Assembly (NCBI RefSeq): GCF_001194135.2
Contig: NC_068984.1
Location: 133,315,437 to 133,360,735, forward strand
DNA: 45,299 nt
Origin: Octopus bimaculoides
Lineage: Eukaryota
Direction of reading: 5' to 3'
Shown: piece by piece, positions 1 through 11,032 of the stretch
Layout of the letters: the number at the start of each line of letters is the position of its first letter
Position numbering within the stretch: the stretch's first letter is position 1
The notes under the pieces: generated by a model
Told to the model about the DNA's origin: nothing
Databases searched by the model: none
What the model saw: the letters and a program-made list of their open reading frames with translations, nothing else
Position numbers and translations under genes: made by a program

Positions 1-1734
1 AAAAGGAACAACTTAAATCTAAATTCCCATACCCAGCCGTAATTTTCTATCTATCATGGAGCATGTACTATCACCACTATTCACATAATGTGCCAGCTAT
101 GAAAGAAATGAAGGCAAAGGAAGCCATTGAGATATTTGCCAAGATACTTAAGGTGTCAGATTATAGTTTCACTCAAGATAGGGAAACACAGATGCCGTAT
201 TTCAATCTATAACTTGTGGGCATTAAAGAGACACATGTGTAAGACCTGAGGTAGATAGAGAAAAATGAGGCAAGAATGAGCTATTAGCCTTCAGAGAAAA
301 AAACTGAGCGAAAGAGAGCTGAACTTTAATAACATCAACAAAAAGGATGCAGGAGGGTTAACTGTGATGTGAATATAATGATGTACGATGATGATGAATG
401 AGTGCTGGGTGAAAAAGTAGTATGTTATTGGTGAAGAACATACACAGAAGGAAAAGATTCCCTTCCTTGTAACCCATTATTGATATCCAAAACTCCCAAT
501 TTCTTACAAACACATGTCTTCAACATCCTCTCTCACATTATTCCTTCTATATTATTCACTGTTCACACACACACACACACACACTCTCTCAGTATTTTTT
601 TCTATTCATCACTATCTCTCTTTCTCTCTTCCAATACTCCATTTATAACCGTCTCCCTACTTTTATTCTGTATTTCCCCCCAACATGTTACTCAAGCTCT
701 TTCTGGATAATCTCCTTAACAATCACTGGGTCATACTCTCTCTCTCTCTCTCCCTTTACTTTCTCCTTTACTACCCCTCACTTCAATCACTCTGGTTCTC
801 CCTTACTCTCTCCTATATCTCCTTTTGCACTAGTCTCTCTCTCTTCTATCTGCTGGAGAGAAGACAACTCCTTTAGTTGTGGTGAACATAGAAATCAAGC
901 TAACATAGAATTGAGAGGACTCTTTAGTTCTGCTATAGACAAGACATCCTTTCTAATGGAGATGCCATGATAAAATGCACCAAACGTTTGGCAACAGGAA
1001 GGCTGTCTGGTCAAAAGAAATATGCCAAAATGAAGCGTGTAAAAGAGATATGGTCCTGACCTCCCTAGGAGAGCATTAACTCCAAATATGAACTAATTCA
1101 ATTCATGGTGAGCTGTCCATCACATGTCAGCATGGGAGATTAATCAATCAATTCTCGTCATCATCATCATTTTAACATTTAATTTTTCCAAGCTAGCATA
1201 TGATATCTTATTAAAGCAACTAGCTGGCCCCATGCCGTCAAAAGTGACAGCTAATTGTAGTATTTTATATATAAATATAAGGTACAAATAAGGTACATAA
1301 TAATCACAGATACAAACATTCACATATTTCCCTTGTACATGCACACACATACACACATATACTCACACAGAGTTGAAACGCTGTTTGATTTTTCCTTTTC
1401 AGCATTGAATGTTCACCATCCCACTTTCAGTTTGATATCACCCTTTCCTTCCTTATTCATTAATCACTCCTTCCTTTCTCATTCGTATGTTGTGACAAAG
1501 AAAGACACAAGAGTATTATTATAGTAGATTTTTCTATGCCTGGATGCACTTCTTTCACTCTTTTATATCTGAGTAAAGTTCTATTTCTTCTTTCAAATGA
1601 CAGGCTGTTCAAGGGCCAGGTATATTTTTGTGGTAAATATAAACAATGACATTATCTATATAATGACATTGTTTTTATACAATGTGCAAGTAGTTTTTTG
1701 TACAATAGGCACAATGTAACAATGAAATACATAC

Positions 1735-1910
1735 GTTTTGTATCATTTAATTTGTTGGCATCTTTCTTCTTCTCCTCATCTTTCACTTCTTTCTTTACAT
1801 CTTTCTCTGGAGGCTTTTCTTCTTTCTTTACTGTATCTTTTTCTGTTGTTTCTTTATTTGAATCCTTCTTCACCTCTTTCCCATCCTTCTCAGTTGTTGA
1901 CAATTCTTTC
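1735..1910 (-). CDS. APLF: Lys/Glu/Asp-rich low-complexity exon, probably APLF linker after the FHA domain (KELSTTEKDGKEVKK...ANKLNDTK)
   Basis: 176 nt with acceptor ttttattcag| and donor AAAC|gtatgt, and 58 open codons (phase 2 in, phase 1 out). It is on the same strand and downstream of the FHA exon. Assignment to APLF is by position only. Confidence 0.62.
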
Positions 1911-2130
1911 CTGAATAAAAATTACAAACATGTTTTAATGATATTAAAAAAAAAAGCATTTTTTCAATGTGTGCGTGCGTGCATGTGTGAGAGAGTTTTC
2001 TCTTGAGTTTTTTGTATTTTCTTCATAACATAGACTTATATTGATTTATAATTAATGTGTTCATATTTCTGTTCTAATTTTGTAGAACCAATTCTAATGA
2101 TGGAACCAAAGATGAATGGGTTATAGAGAA

Positions 2131-2725
2131 CCCTTTAGCATTTAAACCAACCATATCCAGCCCAAATATTGTACCTGTTTTATGTTCAAGCCTGCCAGAT
2201 ATGGCCTCTCGCACCTACTCTACAATGTCATTCTAAAAATAAACAACCACATTCATCAAAATTTTGAAGCTGTGAGATAACACATGATTAATTCACAGGA
2301 TGCTGAATCTTTCAGATGAGATGACAAAGGAACAAGATACCTGGCACCTTGTTGTACTCAAGAAGACCGATCCTCCACAACAGAAGTGTCAAGGCCACTC
2401 CTCCAGGTGAAGAGGATGGCTTACAAGAGTCCTTTGCCGGTGCCACATGAAAAGCACTTGTGCCGATGCCATGTAAAAGCGCTCATGCCAGTGCCACATT
2501 AAAAGCACCCAGCACACACTGTAAAGTGATTGCTATTAGGAAGGGCATCCAGCTGTAGAAACCAAGCCAAATCAGACTGGAATCTAGTGCAGCTCTCCAG
2601 CTTGCTGGATCTGGTGAAACTGTCCAACCCATGCCAGCATGGAAAATGGACATTAAATGATAATGATGATGATGATGTGAATAAACAAGCATTACATTTG
2701 ACAGAGTAATCTGAATACTAAAGGA
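2131..2725. mobile_element. piggyBac-type MITE, family 1, split by an RTE 3' insertion
   Basis: Left half ccctttagcatttaaacc..attaattcac (2131-2296) and right half gtgaataaacaagcattac..aatactaaagga|ttaa (2677-2725) join into the family sequence. Confidence 0.7.
2297..2676 (+). mobile_element. RTE LINE 3' end (ORF terminus plus 3'UTR plus GAT tail) inserted in a TTAA-MITE
   Basis: MTKEQDTWHLVVLKKT-like ORF end, followed by the common aaaagcaccc..aggaagggcatccagctgtagaaac..aacccatgccagcatggaaa..gatgatg block. It interrupts the MITE 2131-2725. Confidence 0.6.
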
Positions 2726-2963
2726 TTAAAAAAGAAAACCATCTTACTAGTTAGTAGCATTGCATTAAAGTCATTTCAAGACAATACATATTCCTCACTA
2801 AATTCATCATAAACCCTAACATTAAAATTTCAAATTGGAATTCAGGAGCATTTTTTAATTGGTTTAAAATTTTCAGTTTATCTTAAAACACGGAAAACTA
2901 TTGTTTCTCTTCTGTCTTTTTTCTTCATTTTTTGTTTTATTCTGAGATGATGTTTTCATTTAC

Positions 2964-2979
2964 CTGACATAGTGTAGAA
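2964..2979 (-). CDS. APLF: 3' end of probable next APLF exon; remainder hidden in N-gap 2980-3433
   Basis: Minus strand reads TTCTACACTATGTCAG|gtaaat, a good donor directly beside the gap. The expected NPCF-type FHA exon is not visible anywhere between 6900 and 1911. Splicing to 1910 gives ..LHYVR|KELSTT; an alternative frame reads FYTMS. Confidence 0.5.
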
Positions 2980-3546
2980 NNNNNNNNNNNNNNNNNNNNN
3001 NNNNNNNNNNNNNNNNNNNNNNNNNNNNNNNNNNNNNNNNNNNNNNNNNNNNNNNNNNNNNNNNNNNNNNNNNNNNNNNNNNNNNNNNNNNNNNNNNNNN
3101 NNNNNNNNNNNNNNNNNNNNNNNNNNNNNNNNNNNNNNNNNNNNNNNNNNNNNNNNNNNNNNNNNNNNNNNNNNNNNNNNNNNNNNNNNNNNNNNNNNNN
3201 NNNNNNNNNNNNNNNNNNNNNNNNNNNNNNNNNNNNNNNNNNNNNNNNNNNNNNNNNNNNNNNNNNNNNNNNNNNNNNNNNNNNNNNNNNNNNNNNNNNN
3301 NNNNNNNNNNNNNNNNNNNNNNNNNNNNNNNNNNNNNNNNNNNNNNNNNNNNNNNNNNNNNNNNNNNNNNNNNNNNNNNNNNNNNNNNNNNNNNNNNNNN
3401 NNNNNNNNNNNNNNNNNNNNNNNNNNNNNNNNNNTATATATATATAATGAAAAATATTTCAATACAAATGTATTAATACAACTGTATCAATTTTCAGCAA
3501 AATATTCTCCAGCAAATATCGGTACCTTGTTGTACCATTCTTATGA

Positions 3547-3582
<36 letters not shown>

Positions 3583-4967
3583 ATATGGTGATTTGGTCTT
3601 TCATATTTACTAAGACAGAAATAACATTATTAACAATACAAAAAAAAAAAAAGAAGAAATAAAGTGGTTTAGTGGCAGAAACAATGGAGTACTAGACATA
3701 GATTAATAAAACCAAACACCTTACACTATTTGGTTTTATTTCTCTATGTTCGGAGTCCAAATCCTGTTACAGGATCAATAATGGCCAGGTATATACTGAG
3801 GTGGATTCAGTAAAATCCACTGCTCTTTACATGGTAAATTTCACAGTAAAATCATTCTGTACTGTGTAAATTACATGTAATAAAATATAACTCCACACAC
3901 AGTAAAATCCAATATATTATATACAACAAAATCAACAATTTTATATATATAGTTTAGTTTTCAATTATATAGTTCATATACATAGTTTAGTTTTCAATTA
4001 AGGTAAGATCAACAATAAAAAGTACTCCATCTAGTGAGCAATAAATATTGTTTAATGTACATAGTATACAGTTATGAGCTACTAATAATTTCATACAATG
4101 AAGATACTATCTAGGGAGGATTTTAAAACATGCTTAGTGTCTCCAAGTAATCTTCAGGCTCTGGGCACATGACCTATACAAGTTACAAATCAGGACAACA
4201 GAACAAGAGAAATCACAAGAAAAAGTTAGGTTCAAAAATTAGAAAAGTGAGAAGAAAAAAAGAAGAAAAAAAAGAAAAAGAAAGGCAACAAGAAAAAGAA
4301 GAATTAGAGTTATGTCCCCTTTCAGTGTAGAATTGTAAGACTAGATGGTGTAGAAACAAAGAGAGGTGTTTGAAGTCTGTGATACAGCTGCACAATTCAC
4401 AGAGGATGGAGGGTGATGTTCTTCAATTCACCAAAAGAAACTTGTCCATTGGAATTCAGCAGTTCAGTGAAATTCTCAGATCTAAAAAGGATATGTAATC
4501 TTTCAGTTACACATAACTTGCATTGTTTTTTTTATCCATTAACATTTTGTATGGATTCTCCCAGATCAGAAATTTTCAGCAAATTTTTCAGGGCCTCTAA
4601 GACTGATGGAAGGAAAGGGGGAAGTTATCCTCAAATCAAAGATCTGACCTGGATACCAGCAGCCAGCAGAGTGGACACTGCTAAAGGTACTCAAGGGCCA
4701 GGTGATGGTGAAAATGTTCTGGTGAAGATTAAATGTTACCACCACCACCACCACCACCACCACTACCACTACTACCACCATCATCATTGCCATTTTAATG
4801 TCCTTTTTTCTATACTTGCATAGGTCAGACAAAGTCTATTAAAGCAGACTTTGTAAGGCTGAAGCCCTACCTGTTGTTAACCCTTAGCAGTTTCCAAGCA
4901 AAGAATGTTTCACAGAATACTAACATGAATGATATTGTTTGTTTTGATAGTGATACTCATTTAGAGC

Positions 4968-5350
4968 GTGGAGGCGCAATGGCCCAGTGGTTAGGGCAGC
5001 GGACTCGCGGTCATAGGATCGCGGTTTTGATTCCCAGACTGGGCGTTGTGAGTGTTTATTGAGCGAAAATACCTAAAAGCTCCACGAGGCTCCGGCAGGG
5101 GATGGTGGCGAACACTGCTGTACTCTTCCACCACAACTTTCTCTCACTCTTACTTCCTGTTTCTGTTGTGCCTGTAATTCAAAGAGCCAGCCTTGTCACA
5201 CTGTGTCACGCTGAATATCCCCGAGAACTACATTAAGGGTACACGTGTCTGTGGAGTACTCAGCCACTTGCACGTTAATTTCACGAGCAGGCTGTTTCAT
5301 TGATCGGATCAATTGGAACCCTCAACGTCGTAAGCGACAGAGTGCCAACA
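4968..5350 (+). mobile_element. Full-length tRNA-derived SINE (family E) with 13-bp TSD
   Basis: TSD ACTCATTTAGAGC at 4955-4967 and 5351-5363. A-box TGGCCCAGTGGTTAG, B-box-like GGTTTTGATTCCC, short CAA tail. Confidence 0.85.
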
Positions 5351-5399
5351 ACTCATTTAGAGCCCAATGTCAGGCAAAGGAAATACGAGCGTGCGTGTG

Positions 5400-5467
<68 letters not shown>
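5400..5467 (+). repeat. (GA)n microsatellite. The window has dozens of (CA)n, (TA)n, (GA)n, (CAT)n, (ATT)n and homopolymer runs
   Basis: Directly visible. Confidence 0.95.
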
Positions 5468-5469
<2 letters not shown>

Positions 5470-6159
5470 TCGTTTTTCAGTTTCCGTCTGCCATATCCAT
5501 TCAAAAAGTTTTGGCTAACCCAGGGTTGTAGTAGAAGACCCTTGCTCAATTGCCATGCAGGCATCTTCCTTCTATAACCCCAGACTAACCAAAGCCTTGC
5601 AGTATTTAATAAAATATCCCTCTGCATTCCCAGCGCAAATCCTTGAAGAGTCAACTTTTCTTTCTTTCCCTCTCTCCACATTCAAGAAGTTAATTAGCCA
5701 ATATATACAGGGTTGATTCAATTAGTTTTACCCCTCCCCAATAATTCTGTGGCCTGGGGCCTAGAGAAGTAGTCTTCATATATATATATATATATATAAA
5801 CAAAAACGTTCTCAAAAGTAACCAATCAGGTTGAAGCAAAGTTAAGGACAGAATTTCATTTGCTTGATTCGTTATTAATTCACATTTTTCCCGATCCACT
5901 TTCAAATACCCAAGCCCTTTGCCTGCCCAAAACTTTTTCATAAAAGTTTGTCCTACATGTCCATGCTTGTTTTCAGACTTATAGTTGGCCCTTGTCTCAT
6001 ACATTTTAAGTTTCAATTTACTCTGGTGGTTGAAAAAAATTGGGAATTTGTATCATATATGATGCATGGGTGCCTTTGCTTGTCCTGTGTATTACAGGAT
6101 ACATACGACAGGCCAAGGCTTAACAAAGATTATAAACACCCATATATCTTCTCATTCTA

Positions 6160-6286
6160 CAGGGTGTCCACAAAGTCTGGGTACATGGGGATTAACACAT
6201 ACTTTAAGAAATTATTATTTCTTATATTTAATTGTTTATGTTATGATTTTATTTACTCCATGTACCCAGACCTTGTGGACACCCTG
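6160..6286. mobile_element. 127-bp Tc1/mariner-type MITE
   Basis: 29-bp TIRs CAGGGTGTCCACAAAGTCTGGGTACATGG / CCATGTACCCAGACCTTGTGGACACCCTG (1 mismatch). TA on the left, CA on the right; AT-rich core. Confidence 0.8.
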
Positions 6287-6565
6287 CAGANNNNNNNNNN
6301 NNNNNNNNNNNNNNNNNNNNNNNNNNNNNNNNNNNNNNNNNNNNNNNNNNNNNNNNNNNNNNNNNNNNNNNNNNNNNNNNNNNNNNNNNNNNNNNNNNNN
6401 NNNNNNNNNNNNNNNNNNNNNNNNNNNNNNNNNNNNNNNNNNNNNNNNNNNNNNNNNNNNNNNNNNNNNNNNNNNNNNNNNNNNNNNNNNNNNNNNNNNN
6501 NNNNNNNNNNNNNNNNNNNNNNNNNNNNNNNNNNNNNNNNNNNNNNNNNNNNNNNNCTCATTCTA

Positions 6566-6692
6566 CAGGGTGTCCACAAAGTCTGGGTACATGGGGATTA
6601 ACACATACTTTAAGAAATTATTATTTCTTATATTTAATTGTTTATGTTATGATTTTATTTACTCCATGTACCCAGACCTTGTGGACACCCTG
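6566..6692. mobile_element. Identical second copy of the Tc1/mariner MITE across the N-gap (probable assembly duplication)
   Basis: 6151-6290 is identical to 6557-6696, including flanks. Confidence 0.7.
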
Positions 6693-6900
6693 CAGAATAA
6701 ACAGTCATCTTCCATACTTGCTGATCATGAATTCAAATATAAAGGAGGACAAATCTGAATACTATAAGCCTTTGGTCTGCCGTTTACTTCACACCAGCAC
6801 CTGTAGTAAACAGTAGTTTTATCGTTCAGCCCATGCTACCACTTTTAGTGAAGTAACAACAATACTTTTTTTAGACTTGTGTCAAGTGATCTATACTTAC

Positions 6901-6972
6901 CGGTGTAAGAAACAATGTCCCATCTACTACCTCCAGCATGCCATGGTTACGAGACACTCGCTTGTCAAGAAC
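6901..6972 (-). CDS. APLF: APLF-like internal coding exon, FHA domain (VLDKRVSRNHGMLEVVDGTLFLTP), phase 0-0
   Basis: 72 nt, open, flanked by acceptor tctctgtttcag| and donor CCG|gtaagt. It aligns without gaps to the recalled human APLF segment ITDKRVSRRHAILEVAGGQLRIKP (13/24 identical, including the FHA S-R-x-H motif). PNKP and APTX have C-S-R-x-Q here, so APLF fits better. Confidence 0.85.
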
Positions 6973-7654
6973 CTGAAACAGAGAGAACAGAAACAGTGAT
7001 GTCAGAAGAGCCGTTTTAAATGTTTAATAACTAATGGATGGCAGAAAGATTGCTGCTTATTTATAACTTAGATAGCACACATTTATCATCCTGTTGTTAC
7101 AGTCATTTGACTGTTTTCTAGAGAATCACCAATTAAATCGACTCCACCACTTACTTTATTGACCAAAGAAAACAAGGGCAAAATGGGAAAGGCTAGGATT
7201 TGAACTCAGCACACAAAGGACATAACCAAAAACTACAGGGTATTTTGTCTCAGATTGTAATGATTCTGCCATCCAACTATCATTTATGGTACTATTTATT
7301 TACCATTGAATTTCTCAACTAATTCTATTTTTATGGTAGAGTTTCATCTACATGTTATTAATAGGCATGGATGTGGGGTTAGGAAGCTCATTTCTCAACC
7401 GCATGGTTTCAAATTCAGTTTCACAGCGTGGCACCTTGGACAAGTGCTTTCAACTGACCAAAGCCTTGGGACTGAATTTAGTAGGATGAAGTTCTGTCAT
7501 GTGTATACTTGTGTGTGCAAGAGCTTGCGCCTCCTTTAGTAGACAGGAGGGAAAACTGCATCAAGGTAGCCTTATGTAATCATTCAAACTGCAAAAAGTA
7601 GCAACCAAATTTGCCTCAAACCTTACCCTATTGTGATAGATCTGCATAAATGTA

Positions 7655-7903
7655 CATTATATACATCTGACGTATATTTGTCCTCATCTTGTTTGTTGTT
7701 AACACAACGTTTCGGCTGACATACCCTTCAGCCTTCAACAGGTGTTTTGAGGAAATTTCGAACCTAGGTTCTCATTCCTTAGGTATTTTTCGATGTTGTC
7801 ATTATTATTATTATTTTTATTATTCAGGTCACTGCCTGGAATTGAACTCGAAATCTTGGGGTTAGTAGCCCATGCTCTTAACCACTACATCATATGCCCA
7901 TGG
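7655..7903 (-). mobile_element. tRNA-headed SINE-like element with hammerhead-bearing (Penelope-type) 3' part
   Basis: 11-bp direct repeat GCATAAATGTA at 7644-7654 and 7904-7914. A-box-like TGATGTAGTGGTTAA (7878-7892) and B-box GAGTTCAATTCC (7838-7849) on minus, then an (AAT)n spacer, then the hammerhead-like motif. Confidence 0.75.
7701..7746 (-). ncRNA. Minimal type I hammerhead ribozyme-like motif, core variant CUGUUGA (likely inactive copy)
   Basis: Minus: AACAC CTGTTGA A GGCTGA-agggtatg-TCAGCC GAA ACGT T GTGTT. Stem I AACAC/GTGTT is 5 bp, stem II GGCTGA/TCAGCC is 6 bp, stem III is the palindrome ACGT, and the cleavage triplet is GUU. Confidence 0.6.
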
Positions 7904-8476
7904 GCATAAATGTAGCCTGAACTAATGCTACACGACAACTGCCTATAGTAGAATGGATACCATTAAGTTTGACTACTCATATTTTTATATTAAGCTTCAT
8001 TAAAAACATTGAGGTCTTTTGGGTTTTTTTTTTTTTTTTTGGTCAAAACATTGCCTTGCCTTAGGCTTTCAACTTCTCATGGGGTTGTATGCTATCATGA
8101 CATGAATCTATCTTGGGAATCTAAGCCTGATGGAGCCCATCCCTTTCTAAAACTAACCTTAGCAAATAACTTCCAAAAGGAAAGAGATAAAGAGGAAGAG
8201 AAAAGAAGAATGAACTCCAGTAATGGACTGATATCTTTTAAATAATCATCTCTAGATAGGCATGACTGTAGGTAAGAAGCCTCATTCCAAACCATGTGGT
8301 CTTGGGTTCAATCCCACTGAAAATAAGTTGGAAAAGGTCTAATGTATTTTTATTTTTTTAAATTAAATTTTGAATAACTTGGATTGGGAAAAAGTAGGAA
8401 ATTCTGAAATGAGACATTTTGACACTGCATATAAAAACAATCAATTTCAACCTTCACTCTCTGTCTGTGTGTCTCC

Positions 8477-8507
<31 letters not shown>

Positions 8508-9113
8508 TAAGTGCACACATACATGTGCATTTCTATTTATGTTTACACTCTTAAAGTCCACTGTGGTTTATGTTAGTGACTCCTTTATGTCCCTTTATAA
8601 CGATAAATGGAGAACAATGAAGTAAGTATTCCTGGGTTCAATACAACTGAGTGAACTTCTGAAGGTGTTGCCCCAGCATGACTTCAGTTCAATGAGTGAA
8701 ACCAATAAAAAATATCACACACACACAACACACAGAATCATTAATTAATGAAATTACCTATGGTAAAAGGATTGCTTCTAAAATTAACTACCTAAGTTCA
8801 CTTAATTACCACAGGGTTTGACAACTTATGGTACAACAATCAGTGCAAAATTAAAATATAGGTCTGTTAAACTTTCACTGCTTTATTACTCGTGTAGCAC
8901 TTGTAACTATAAGGGAAGGGACGAAACTGATGCATATATTTTGGCATTTTCAAAACTTATTCCTGATGCCAACCCTTATTGGCAACATGACCAAACATGT
9001 TTACACAAAAGACTGGAAATGAAAGACACTACTCTCATGTCAGTGACACTCATTCACAACTATCATATCATGTCAAGACAGTAACACAAACACACACACA
9101 TGCATGTAACAAG

Positions 9114-9343
9114 GCGGCGAGCTGGCAGAAATGTTAGCACGTCGAGCGAAATGCTTAGCGGTATTTCGTCTGCCGCTACGCTCTGAGTTCAAATTCCGCC
9201 GAGGTTGACTTTGCCTTTCATCCTTTCGGGGTCGATTAAATAAGTACCAGTTACGTACTGGGGTCAATATAATTGACTTAATCCGTTTGTCTGTCCTTGT
9301 TTGTCCCCTCCGTGTGTAGCCCTTTGTGGGTAATAAAGAAATA
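9114..9343 (+). mobile_element. Full-length tRNA-derived SINE (family C) with 20-bp TSD; older copies near 21150, 23060, 25445 (+) and 33360-33590, 37590-37870 (-)
   Basis: TSD ACACACATGYATGTAACAAG at 9094-9113 and 9344-9363 (1 mismatch). Head GCGGCGAGCTGGCAGAA, B-box GAGTTCAAATTCC. Confidence 0.85.
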
Positions 9344-9567
9344 ACACACATGTATGTAACAAGTTTCTTTCAGTTTCCATCTGAGATCCACTCACAAGGC
9401 TTTGGTTGACTAGAGGCTATAGCGGAAGACACTTGCCCAAGGTGCCATAAAGTGGGACTGAACCTGAAGCCATATGGCTGGGAAACAAACTTCTTACCAC
9501 ACTGCCACATCTGCACCTTATATTGTAGTACTGATTTAAATCTTCCAATGGGCAACAGGAGACTATT

Positions 9568-9900
9568 GCATGGCTCAGTGGTTAGAGTGTCAGGCTCAGA
9601 GTCATGAGGTAGTGAGTTTGGTTCCCAGACCAGGCCATGTGTTATATTCTTGAGCAAGACACTTTATTTCATGTTACTCCAGTTCACTGAGCCATAAAAA
9701 TGAGTTGTGATGTTACTGGTGCCAAGCTGCATCGGCCTTTGCCTTTCCCTTGGATAACACCGGTGGCATGAAGAGTGGAAGCTGGTATGCATGAACAAAC
9801 TGCTGGTCTTCCATAAACAACCTTGCCCAGACTTGTGCCTCAGAGGGGAACTTTCTAGGTGTAATCCCATGGTCATATAATGACCGAAAGGGTTTTTTTA
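9568..9900 (+). mobile_element. tRNA-derived SINE (family D)
   Basis: Head TGGCTCAGTGGTTAGAG..GAGTTTGGTTCCC; colinear homologue at 43124-43437. Confidence 0.75.
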
Positions 9901-10664
9901 CCCTATCTCTTTCTCAACACATCTTAAAATCTATAAGATTATCCAGAGACCAAATCTACCACCAATTCGTTAAATGGTTTTATGCTCAAGAAGAAAGATA
10001 AACAAGATGACAGTTCCTATAAAGCAAAATTAAATTATGTTTTCTCTCCATTAAAAAATCATAGTTACCACTNNNNNNNNNNNNNNNNNNNNNNNNNNNN
10101 NNNNNNNNNNNNNNNNNNNNNNNNNNNNNNNNNNNNNNNNNNNNNNNNNNNNNNNNNNNNNNNNNNNNNNNNNNNNNNNNNNNNNNNNNNNNNNNNNNNN
10201 NNNNNNNNNNNNNNNNNNNNNNNNNNNNNNNNNNNNNNNNNNNNNNNNNNNNNNNNNNNNNNNNNNNNNNNNNNNNNNNNNNNNNNNNNNNNNNNNNNNN
10301 NNNNNNNNNNNNNNNNNNNNNNNNNNNNNNNNNNNNNNNNNNNNNNNNNNNNNNNNNNNNNNNNNNNNNNNNNNNNNNNNNNNNNNNNNNNNNNNNNNNN
10401 NNNNNNNNNNNNNNNNNNNNNNNNNNNNNNNNNNNNNNNNNNNNNNNNNNNNNNNNNNNNNNNNNNNNNNNNNNNNNNNNNNNNNNNNNNNNNNNNNNNN
10501 NNNNNNNNNNNNNNNNNNNNNNNNNNNNNNNNNNNNNNNNNTTTTTTTTTTTTTTTTTTTTTTTTAATCAAATGCCTGCTTGATCAGGCCTGAATAGGGA
10601 CTTAACAACTACTTCATTGAACAGTAAATACACTCTATAATGAATATATGAAATATATTATTTA

Positions 10665-10797
10665 GGCGCAGGAGTGGCTGTGTGGTAAGTAGCTTGCTTA
10701 CCAACCACATGGTTCTGGGTTCAGTCCCACTGCGTGGCACCTTGGGCAAGTGTCTTCTACTGTAGCCTCAGGCAGACCAAAGCCTTGTGAGTGGATT
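10665..10797 (+). mobile_element. SINE family A 5' half. Other partial or older copies at about 7370-7510, 17397-17540, 23865-24037, 36780-36940, 40270-40500 (+) and 5480-5560, 9364-9510, 11460-11600, 15560-15710, 18478-18690, 20125-20250, 32340-32762, 33925-34300 (-)
   Basis: Direct sequence match to the family A head/core or tail. Confidence 0.75.
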
Positions 10798-11000
10798 CTT
10801 GTAGCATAAAAATTTTGATGAAATGATTGTTTATTTTCAGAATGACATTGTAGCGTACATGCGAGAAGCAAGGTCTGGCCAGTTAGAACATAAAATAGGC
10901 AGAATATTTTGGCCTGATATGCCTGCCCCAGCCTGCCTAACAGACAAATAGGTATCCCTATCACTTTTTTGTTGAGTAATAAGGAAGGAAATGAAATTAA

Positions 11001-11032
<32 letters not shown>

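Noticed and set aside
4200-4823. 136-aa ORF and purine-rich stretch
   Set aside because: No recognisable domain or splice pair, and it ends in a (CAC)n microsatellite. It may be a decayed LINE fragment but I cannot support a call.
5690-6016. 108-aa minus ORF between APLF exons
   Set aside because: No FHA similarity and no convincing splice sites; it runs through a (TA)n repeat.
6680-6800. MEDDCLFCR start and CWCEVNG reading on minus, acceptor at 6801
   Set aside because: The first runs into the MITE TIR. The phase-0 frame from the 6801 acceptor stops after 3 codons, and neither reading resembles the expected APLF exon.
9370-9657. ORF containing LPIGR, considered as APLF exon 1
   Set aside because: It is made of two back-to-back SINEs and lacks GRG; the donor is poor.
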